Origin: a virus
Taxonomy: Duplodnaviria; Caudoviricetes
IMG/VR virus record: IMGVR_UViG_3300044641_007277
Coordinates: 1,666-65,665 of that record
Length of the DNA stretch: 64,000 nt
Direction: 5' to 3' (one strand)
Position numbers and translations under genes: made by a program
Shown: piece by piece, positions 57,301 to 64,000 of the stretch
How positions within the stretch are numbered: position 1 is the first letter of the stretch
Layout: each line of letters starts with the position of its first letter
The notes under the pieces: generated by a model
The model's database searches: none
What the model saw: the letters and a program-made list of their open reading frames with translations, nothing else
What the model was told of the DNA's origin: nothing

Positions 57301-60300
57301 TTTTGTTGATTAGCAGTCAAATTGGTTACTACTGTCGTTTGTCCAGCAGTAGTTGTAGATTTTGATAATTGAAGATAAGGACTCGGTGTTTGTGATACAG
57401 AAGAATTTAGGAAATAGCTTATACCTCCAGAAATTCCACTTATACCTTCATTTCCTTGGGTACCTTGAACTCCTTGAACCCCTTGGACACCTTGTGTACC
57501 TTGAGTTCCTTGGTTACCTTGATTACCCTGATTTCCTTGATTACCTTGGTTACCTTGGTTACCTTGGTTGCCCTGAACGCCTTGTGTACCTTGAGTTCCT
57601 TGATTGCCTTGGTTACCCTGATTTCCTTGATTACCTTGAGTACCTTGAACCCCTTGAGTTCCTTGATTACCTTGGTTACCCTGATTTCCTTGATTACCTT
57701 GAGTACCTTGAACCCCTTGAGTTCCTTGATTACCTTGATTTCCTTGGTTGCCCTGAACGCCTTGTGTACCTTGAGTTCCTTGATTACCTTGGGTACCTTG
57801 GGTTCCTTGATTGCCCTGATTACCTTGGTTACCTTGATTACCTTGGGTTCCTTGGGTTCCTTGAACGCCTTGGTCACCCTGAGTACCTTGGTTGCCTTGG
57901 TTGCCTTGGTTGCCTTGGTTGCCTTGATCACCTTGAGTACCTTGGGTTCCATCATAACCCTGATCACCTTGAGTACCTTGGGTTCCATCATAACCCTGAT
58001 CACCTTGAGTACCTTGGGTTCCATCATAACCCTGATCACCCTGAGTACCTTGGTTACCTTGAGTTCCATCATAACCCTGATCACCTTGAGTACCTTGAGT
58101 TCCATCATAACCCTGATCACCTTGAGTACCTTGGATTCCATCATAACCCTGATCACCTTGAGTACCTTGGGTTCCATCATAACCCTGATCACCTTGAGTT
58201 CCTTGAACGCCTTGATCGCCCTGAGTACCTTGATTGCCTTGGTTTCCTTGCACGCCTTGGTCTCCCTGTGTCCCTTGATTACCTTGGTTACCTTGGTTGC
58301 CTTGGTTACCTTGATTACCTTGAGATCCAACGTTACCTTGATTACCTTGAGCTCCAATGTTACCTTGGTTGCCCTGGTTACCTTGGTTACCTTGAGTACC
58401 TTGGTTACCCTGAGTACCATCATAACCCTGATCACCCTGAGTACCTTGAGTTCCATCATAACCCTGATCACCTTGAGTACCTTGGTTGCCTTGATTACCT
58501 TGAGTCCCTTGGTTACCTTGGTTGCCTTGAGTCCCTTGTGTACCTTGTACACCCTGCGTTCCTTGGTTTCCTTGGTTGCCTTGATTACCTTGAGTCCCTT
58601 GTGTACCTTGTACACCCTGCGTTCCTTGGTTACCTTGCACACCTTGATTACCTTGGGTTCCTTGATTACCTTGATTTCCTTGATTTCCTTGGTTACCTTG
58701 GTTACCTTGAGTACCCTGATTTCCTTGGGTGCCTTGAGTTCCTTGGTTACCCTGATTTCCTTGGGTGCCTTGAACTCCTTGATCTCCTTGCGTACCTTGA
58801 TTACCCTGATTGCCTTGGGTACCTTGAACACCCTGATCTCCTTGGGTTCCTTGAGTACCCTGAACACCTTGATCTCCTTGGGCCCCTTGAGTACCTTGTA
58901 CACCTTGAGTACCTTGAGTACCTTGGTTGCCTTGATTTCCTTGAGTCCCTTGAACCCCTTGAGACCCTTGGCTACCTTGAGTACCCTGAACACCTTGATC
59001 TCCTTGTGTACCTTGGTTTCCTTGATTACCTTGGGTTCCCTGAGTACCTTGGTTTCCTTGATTACCCTGGTTACCCTGGGTTCCTTGAACACCTTGAGTA
59101 CCTTGAGTACCTTGGTTGCCTTGATTGCCCTGATTACCCTGGTTACCCTGGGTTCCTTGAACACCTTGAGTACCTTGAGTACCCTGTTCACCATTCAATC
59201 CATTAAAACCAGAAATACCTTGTAAACCAGTTATACCCTGAATACCCTGTGTCCCTTGTGGACCCTGAGTACCTTGATTTCCTTGGTTTCCTTGGTTACC
59301 CTGTCTTCCTTGGTTACCTTGGTTACCTTGGTTACCTTGAGTACCCTGTATGCCTTGAGTTCCTTGAGTTCCTTGATTCCCTTGGTTACCCTGGTTCCCT
59401 TGATTACCTTGAACCCCCTGTGTTCCTTGATTCCCTTGGTTACCTTGATTTCCTTGATTCCCTTGGTTACCTTGGTTACCTTGGTTACCTTGAGTTCCCT
59501 GATTACCTTGAGTTCCCTGAACACCCTGTGTTCCTTGAGCACCATCAAAACCTAAAGTCCCTTGAACACCTTGCGTACCTTGAGCACCATCAAAACCTAA
59601 AGTCCCTTGAACACCTTGCGTACCTTGAGTACCATCAAAACCTAAAGTCCCTTGAACACCTTGAGCACCTTGAGTACCTTGATTACCTTGAACTCCCGTA
59701 TCACCTTGTGTACCCTGGACACCTTGAGCACCTTGAGCACCATCTAATGGAGCTGGATAATCTATCCATAGTCCAGTGGAAGTTTGATAACCCAAATATG
59801 CACCATCAGCTGGTGTTGTTATTGTAACATCATTTAAATCATCTAAATTAATAGTAGTAACCGATTCTCCTCCACCAGAAGAAAGGCTTCGTATTAATCC
59901 ACCTTGAATAAAAATCGCATCACTACCACTTGATAAATCAGTTGCCCCACCTCTTACTACTAGATACCCAAGAAAAACAGCATTTTGTAAAGTTATAGGG
60001 GATTCAACAAATGCTTCATAAGGAAGTCCATTTAAAGCAGAACCTAAACTTGAATACTCCTTAACACCATAATAAACAATGATATCACTAGCTGAATCTG
60101 GTATTTGAAATAATCTCTGTACAGACCATTTATTAGTAGATACAGTAGCTAATGTTCCATCTCCATCATCATAACTTGCTGGATCTATATCTGTGTAAAA
60201 AGATCCTGAATTATTATCATATACAAATCCACCACTTCCGTCTGCATACATCCTACATAAACTTGAAGGTGTACTTGGTGATAATGTAGTTATATCGGGT

Positions 60301-61142
60301 TCAAATGGATCAGTCCAATAATTATTACCTATAATATATGCTTTACCCGATGCTCTGTCTATTCTGAGATTATTACCATTTGCAGATATATTTAAACCTT
60401 CTTTTTTAATAGGTCCAAGTGTATTTAAGATTTCATATACCTTATGATTTACACCATATGTAGTAAATGAATCTGTTGTTACTAAATTTACATTTGTAAG
60501 ATTAATATGACATAAGTGACCGATAACAATATAATTCTTATAATCACTATCTGTAAATGGTGTTGTTTTTTGTTGTAGAGTTCCAGTACTATCAATATAA
60601 ATATAAGTAAATGGGTCAGTTAATAAATTCGTGATAGTTTGGTTTACAAATGCATTCCATTTTACTTCGGTAATATCTTGTGAAAGTTCCCCTGAAACAA
60701 TTGAGTGTGTGACTATTTGACCTTGACCTTCTGATATGTTAAATGTAGTTCCACCGATTGTAGCACTTAAAAACCCCCCTGTTTTTATACCTGTAATTTC
60801 TATTCCTTCTATATTATTATTCTCTTCTACTAACCATTTATTATCCCCATAGTATACAATAGTTATACCCTGACCTTTACCATCCCATAAATACTGCGAA
60901 TTACCTTGAATAGTAGCACCACTATCACTACCATTAGGTTGAATTATAATATTACTTACATAATTTGCAGTATCTAATATATGTAACTTATAGCCAAAAG
61001 AAATTATACTCCCAGACGCTGTAATCTGAGGTAGCGTTAATATAGAACCCCCAGCATTAGAACCAGTTACTCGAACTAATTCATAAAGTTGATTTATACT
61101 GAGATTACCAGTTGACCAATTATATGTATTTTTATACCCCAT
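54357..61142 (-). CDS. Giant collagen-like fibre protein (2261 aa)
   Basis: N-terminal globular region (~465 aa), Gly-X-Gln block, ~170-aa globular insert, second Gly-X-Gln block, C-terminal TLP..ASVG...W domain. Confidence 0.92.
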   Translation of the reverse strand: MGYKNTYNWSTGNLSINQLYELVRVTGSNAGGSILTLPQITASGSIISFGYKLHILDTANYVSNIIIQPNGSDSGATIQGNSQYLWDGKGQGITIVYYGDNKWLVEENNNIEGIEITGIKTGGFLSATIGGTTFNISEGQGQIVTHSIVSGELSQDITEVKWNAFVNQTITNLLTDPFTYIYIDSTGTLQQKTTPFTDSDYKNYIVIGHLCHINLTNVNLVTTDSFTTYGVNHKVYEILNTLGPIKKEGLNISANGNNLRIDRASGKAYIIGNNYWTDPFEPDITTLSPSTPSSLCRMYADGSGGFVYDNNSGSFYTDIDPASYDDGDGTLATVSTNKWSVQRLFQIPDSASDIIVYYGVKEYSSLGSALNGLPYEAFVESPITLQNAVFLGYLVVRGGATDLSSGSDAIFIQGGLIRSLSSGGGESVTTINLDDLNDVTITTPADGAYLGYQTSTGLWIDYPAPLDGAQGAQGVQGTQGDTGVQGNQGTQGAQGVQGTLGFDGTQGTQGVQGTLGFDGAQGTQGVQGTLGFDGAQGTQGVQGTQGNQGTQGNQGNQGNQGNQGNQGNQGNQGTQGVQGNQGNQGNQGNQGTQGTQGIQGTQGNQGNQGNQGRQGNQGNQGNQGTQGPQGTQGIQGITGLQGISGFNGLNGEQGTQGTQGVQGTQGNQGNQGNQGNQGTQGTQGVQGTQGNQGNQGNQGTQGTQGNQGNQGTQGDQGVQGTQGSQGSQGVQGTQGNQGNQGTQGTQGVQGTQGAQGDQGVQGTQGTQGDQGVQGTQGNQGNQGTQGDQGVQGTQGNQGNQGTQGTQGNQGTQGNQGNQGNQGNQGNQGTQGNQGVQGNQGTQGVQGTQGTQGNQGNQGNQGTQGVQGTQGTQGNQGNQGTQGNQGNQGTQGDQGYDGTQGTQGDQGYDGTQGNQGTQGNQGNQGNQGNIGAQGNQGNVGSQGNQGNQGNQGNQGNQGTQGDQGVQGNQGNQGTQGDQGVQGTQGDQGYDGTQGTQGDQGYDGIQGTQGDQGYDGTQGTQGDQGYDGTQGNQGTQGDQGYDGTQGTQGDQGYDGTQGTQGDQGYDGTQGTQGDQGNQGNQGNQGNQGTQGDQGVQGTQGTQGNQGNQGNQGNQGTQGTQGNQGTQGTQGVQGNQGNQGNQGTQGVQGTQGNQGNQGNQGNQGTQGVQGTQGNQGNQGNQGNQGTQGTQGVQGNQGNQGNQGNQGNQGNQGNQGTQGTQGVQGVQGVQGTQGNEGISGISGGISYFLNSSVSQTPSPYLQLSKSTTTAGQTTVVTNLTANQQNVLVDSGWITNSGDPNVILIPNGLWHAYIYWTKNTENDDLEYYFTVSKYDGATTTLLFTSDAVAIGWSVNNTTPVEVKANAVATTASLNLTDRLILNLYLNNLDNQNRSVTFYTEGTIHYSYVVTTLGPTGTQGPQGNQGSQGTQGIQGVQGVQGTQGNQGNQGTQGVQGTQGTQGNQGNQGNQGTQGVQGTQGTQGNQGNQGNQGTQGVQGTQGNQGNQGTQGVQGTQGAQGNQGNQGNQGNQGVQGTQGNQGTQGVQGNQGNQGNQGNQGNQGNQGTQGVQGTQGTQGNQGNQGTQGAQGTQGIQGTQGTQGNQGNQGNQGNQGTQGVQGTQGTQGNQGNQGNQGNQGTQGVQGTQGNQGNQGNQGTQGVQGTQGAQGTQGVQGTQGTQGVQGTQGTQGVQGNQGNQGTQGVQGTQGVQGTQGTQGTQGTQGNQGNQGNQGTQGTQGNQGNQGNQGVQGNQGNQGTQGVQGTQGNQGTQGTQGVQGVQGVQGRQGNQGTQGVQGTQGNQGNQGNQGTQGTQGTQGVQGTQGNQGTQGTQGVQGVQGVQGVQGRQGNQGNQGTQGVQGTQGTQGNQGNQGNQGNVGAQGTQGTQGTQGTQGTQGNQGTQGTQGTQGNQGNQGNQGNVGAQGNQGNQGTQGTQGTQGNQGVQGTQGTQGNVGAQGNQGNQGNVGAQGNQGNQGNQGNQGTQGVQGTQGRQGNQGNQGNQGTQGVQGTQGTQGVQGRQGNQGNQGNVGAQGNQGNQGNQGNVGAQGNQGNQGTQGTQGNQGNQGTQGPQGTQGTQGTQGNQGTQGDQGVQGTQGAQGNQGNQGTQGNQGTQGDQGVQGTQGAQGNQGNVGAQGNQGNQGTQGVQGIQGILGVQGNQGPSGGSSGWIAVTTNTTIVANTNYISDSLTAASQLTFTLPSTASVGNSFRIVDISGLGYKIAQNAGQQIQFQSLPTTLGTGGYIERITSHGAIEIVCIVTNTTWVVVSSSGQFRVV
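54700..56925 (-). repeat. Collagen-coding 9-bp-period repeat, block 2
   Basis: Tandem GNQ/GTQ/GVQ codons. Confidence 0.92.
57430..59745 (-). repeat. Collagen-coding 9-bp-period repeat, block 1, including 36-bp GDQGYDGTQGTQ units
   Basis: Tandem GNQ/GTQ/GVQ/GDQ codons; ccatcataaccctgatcacc recurs at ~57950-58470. Confidence 0.92.
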
Positions 61143-61208
61143 TGGGTATTGATTTTTATTTTATTTGGGATTATACCTTTATAGGTACAATTTATGTTCT
61201 CCTTTGCC

Positions 61209-61216
61209 TATATATC
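61209..61216 (-). promoter_or_regulatory. Putative late promoter GATATATA for the fibre operon
   Basis: 67 nt upstream of the collagen ATG. Confidence 0.65.
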
Positions 61217-61290
61217 TTAAAATTAAAGTCTAAACTATAGTCATAGACATTATTAAGAATTAAGAAATTTATTCTCAATTATTTTCAAAT

Positions 61291-62937
61291 TTAAATGACT
61301 GATCCAGTTCCAAGATAAGTCCAATTTTGACCATTTAGGTCTCCTCTCCATACTCTACTTGTTGTAGATGCAGCTTGAGCAACTGATGGCACATTATATG
61401 GTCCTACGGTTCCTTCTCCTGTCGTTTTGACTCTTGTTTCGACATATTGATATTGTGAATCTCTATACAAATTTAATACATATGTTCTTGGAGATGTTGT
61501 ATTTCCAAATCTACCGCAATACACTATATTTTTAATAGAGTATTTAGAACCTTGATTATCTATTTTATAATACCAGTTTTGAGTATCACCATCAGTATTA
61601 ACTAATCCTTTCGCCAACCATAAGTCTGCTGAATTTCCTGCTATTGTTGCAGATGCTGAACCTGATGCAGGCATTGGAGTTGAGTTAATAGCACCACTAC
61701 CTGCATTTAATGTGATATACCCATTTGTACTCAAATATAGATTTGTACTTGATACGCCATTAGATGCAAAGGTTGGAATTGTTATAGCTGTAGAACTATT
61801 ACCATCATCTGAACTTGTAAATGTGCCTGAATAGAGAGTATAACCAGTAATACTTGATGGAAATGCTATTGTATCTGTTGAGAATCTCCACCCGAATCTT
61901 GGTGCTATTGCATTATAGTTTTGTAAAATTTCAGTTGAAGTTAAAGCTCTATTATAAACCTGAACAATAGGAATTTTACCATCAATTGTTTCTAAATCGT
62001 CCCATCTCCGAGCAATATAGTACCCTAATCCACTTGATAATGGAGTTACACTTGTTGTAAGTGTAGATTCTTGAGTTCCATTTCTGTATAGCCTTACAGT
62101 TGTTCCATCATATGTAACAGAAGCATTATACCAAACATTAGCTGAAGGAGTAAACCCAGTAGGAACTTTGAATCCATCGGCAGAAGTAAAAAATCCACCT
62201 GTTATTTTTCCATCCCAAGGACTTGCACAAAATCCCAAAACAAAATTTATATTACTCGCATCAACATATCGTTCTGTTATAATTTGAGGGATTACATTTG
62301 TTGAAGGAATGGAGTCTAACTTAAACCAAGCATTTACTGTGAAATTTGTTAGTGCCTCACCACTAAAATCAGAAATCGAAACATGGTCATTTGTTCCATC
62401 AAAATCTAATAAACCTCCATCATTAGCATCAACAGAAAATGTAGGAGAATTTACAAGAGTTCCATTATTACTATTATTACTGAAATCATACCAAGTAGAA
62501 CCAACAAGGGGATATGAATCTAAGAAACCCGAATCTAAATTCATTACTAATCCACTCGTAACAATAGAAGGATAAATTCTATTTACTAAAATATATCTAC
62601 CAGTTCCCTTTAACCATGTAATAGCATCAGCCAATGTAGAATGCTTAGTCTGACCAAACATTTCTTGAAGTTTATTAATCGTTTGCAATAATTCGGATTC
62701 TGTTGTTCCAACAGTTATCCATGCAGTAGGTCTTCCTTCTTCAAGTGCTGTAAACCCTTGAGAGTAAGTATCAGAATAAATAATAAAACCATTAGGGTTA
62801 TTTACCCCACTCCACCATTTATATCCCGAATAGTTTGCTTCATAAAAATCGCCACCTATACCTATTGCAACATTACCCTTTTGAATAGTATTAGGTATAG
62901 AAGAACCATTATTAAATGTTATAGGATTCCTTGACAT
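61291..62937 (-). CDS. LamG/concanavalin A-like lectin domain virion protein
   Basis: IVTSGLVMNLD...SYP..G.TWYD.S...NGTLVNSPTF; FDGTND; WYN..VTYDG; VYNRALT..EILQNYNA. Confidence 0.88.
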   Translation of the reverse strand: MSRNPITFNNGSSIPNTIQKGNVAIGIGGDFYEANYSGYKWWSGVNNPNGFIIYSDTYSQGFTALEEGRPTAWITVGTTESELLQTINKLQEMFGQTKHSTLADAITWLKGTGRYILVNRIYPSIVTSGLVMNLDSGFLDSYPLVGSTWYDFSNNSNNGTLVNSPTFSVDANDGGLLDFDGTNDHVSISDFSGEALTNFTVNAWFKLDSIPSTNVIPQIITERYVDASNINFVLGFCASPWDGKITGGFFTSADGFKVPTGFTPSANVWYNASVTYDGTTVRLYRNGTQESTLTTSVTPLSSGLGYYIARRWDDLETIDGKIPIVQVYNRALTSTEILQNYNAIAPRFGWRFSTDTIAFPSSITGYTLYSGTFTSSDDGNSSTAITIPTFASNGVSSTNLYLSTNGYITLNAGSGAINSTPMPASGSASATIAGNSADLWLAKGLVNTDGDTQNWYYKIDNQGSKYSIKNIVYCGRFGNTTSPRTYVLNLYRDSQYQYVETRVKTTGEGTVGPYNVPSVAQAASTTSRVWRGDLNGQNWTYLGTGSVI

Positions 62938-62938
62938 A

Positions 62939-64000
62939 TTAGTAAGTTGGATCTTTTAAAGTCAGCATATTAGTAATTAAAGGCTGACGAGTTAAGTTAA
63001 ATACAATAGCAGTTCCAGTTGCACTAGGATCTTTATAATTTGTAATACAATCAGTACCTATTACCATACCATAAGAACCACTCGAACTTACACCCACATC
63101 GGTTATTACTCCATAGTTTGTTGAAGAATCACTATAAAATATTACATCACTCAGTTCGCAATAATAATCTGAATATGTCTTAGCATCAATCTTTATAATA
63201 ATTGCTGGATTACCAGATGTGTATGATTTTACAATACTATTTTTAAGTATTACTAAATTTTGAACATTATTTGTATCAGGGAAGTGTTTAATAATTCCAT
63301 TTGTTGATGTCGATGTTCCATGTATAGAACCTAAAACAAATGAAAATGCTACTGCACCTGTCACTGAAACAACTTCAACACTAGAAGAAGTTGAATATAA
63401 ATTACATCTTGATAAACTTACTTCAGAAAGTGTAGATAAGGATGCTGATGATAAGTCTAATATCATTCCAGCAGATTTAACTGTTATATCTGTTAGTTTT
63501 ACTCTAACATCAGATGCACCATTTGTAGATAAAAATTTACTTGATGAGTTTGATAATATAAATTTACTTTGAATTAAACTATCATCATAAGTTGAACCAT
63601 TATCTTTTCCAGTTATTGAAAGAGCATCTATATGTGCCATATCGAATAAAATAGAACTACCAGAATATGTTATAGAAGTACTAGAATTTAATTCAATGTA
63701 TAAACTTATTAAATCATTAGTCCATGTTGGTGATGTTGTCTCTGAATAAATCCCAGGTAAAATATGTATAGTATAGCCGTTTAAACTATTTGTCGATAAA
63801 TAATTAATTGCAGATACTATTGTTCTCCAAGGTTTTGTTAAATCACCCACAACTGGATTATATGCAGAATAAGGACCAACGTATCCTGCATCACTGGAAG
63901 AATCTGATCCATAATTATCAACATATAAAATATTTTTAAATTGGAAATTAGGTCCAATAGCACCTTGAACACCTATAATACCTTGAATACCCTGAATACC
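62939..64000 (-). CDS. Collagen-like fibre protein with C-terminal pectin-lyase-like beta-helix (5' end outside window)
   Basis: Frame is open from 64000 (GIQGIQGIIGVQGAIGP), then ILYVD..GSD...KPWRTI..AI...IHILPGIYSE. Confidence 0.75.
   Translation of the reverse strand, partial: GIQGIQGIIGVQGAIGPNFQFKNILYVDNYGSDSSSDAGYVGPYSAYNPVVGDLTKPWRTIVSAINYLSTNSLNGYTIHILPGIYSETTSPTWTNDLISLYIELNSSTSITYSGSSILFDMAHIDALSITGKDNGSTYDDSLIQSKFILSNSSSKFLSTNGASDVRVKLTDITVKSAGMILDLSSASLSTLSEVSLSRCNLYSTSSSVEVVSVTGAVAFSFVLGSIHGTSTSTNGIIKHFPDTNNVQNLVILKNSIVKSYTSGNPAIIIKIDAKTYSDYYCELSDVIFYSDSSTNYGVITDVGVSSSGSYGMVIGTDCITNYKDPSATGTAIVFNLTRQPLITNMLTLKDPTY

Noticed and set aside
54700-59745. CRISPR array
   Set aside because: The repeats are contiguous, codon-phased and degenerate with no unique spacers, and no cas genes are visible.
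54701-59827. Very long alternative-frame and antisense ORFs (580-740 aa) over the giant collagen
   Set aside because: They are shadows of the 9-bp GGT-NNN-CAA repeat, which lacks stops in other frames. They end where the repeat ends and have no promoter motif.
5889-62575. Many short antisense ORFs (e.g. 5889-6164, 6983-7360, 32911-33306, 41186-41626, 45923-46312, 62309-62575)
   Set aside because: They lie opposite well-supported genes and have the Phe/Ser/Ile-rich composition expected from the reverse complement of A-rich codons.
1-64000. Genome-wide TAG or TGA recoding
   Set aside because: Core genes are full length under code 11, coding density is high, and TAG ends the 6190-6519 ORF directly before a terminator.
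1-64000. tRNA, rRNA or ribosomal protein bS21 genes
   Set aside because: Intergenic gaps are short and AT-rich with no cloverleaf-like sequence seen, and no small ORF resembles bS21. A tRNAscan/Infernal run would be needed to exclude them formally.

Overview
This AT-rich 64 kb window is read as part of a large, T4-related (jumbo-type) myophage genome in the standard genetic code, mostly encoded on the minus strand. Recognisable T4-like core genes are portal gp20, DNA end protector gp2, head-completion nuclease gp4, a very short late sigma factor gp55, tail completion gp15, baseplate gp53/gp26/gp51-like proteins, and recombination nucleases gp46/gp47. It also carries a UvrD-like helicase and a RuvC-like resolvase. 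Accessory genes include translation initiation factor IF3, a RimK ligase fused to a RimB-like protease, Hsp20, thioredoxin, a Dps/ferritin-like protein, six glycosyltransferase-like genes and two SAM methyltransferases. The right end is a fibre module: proline-poor Gly-X-Gln collagens (one of 2261 aa), a LamG protein, a fibre chaperone and a 1406-aa RCC1-repeat protein. An 8-mer, GATATATA, lies correctly oriented upstream of at least 16 genes and is proposed as the late promoter. A Bacteroidota-type promoter and scarce Shine-Dalgarno sites hint at a Bacteroidota host. The best candidates for new biology are (1) a head-packaged RimK-RimB glutamylation writer/eraser with candidate acidic-tail substrates, (2) a fibre/virion glycosylation system, (3) late-expressed IF3, and (4) a possible frameshift joining the gp26- and gp51-like ORFs. 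All family calls come from motif recognition by eye; no database searches were run. I saw no tRNA, rRNA or CRISPR array.
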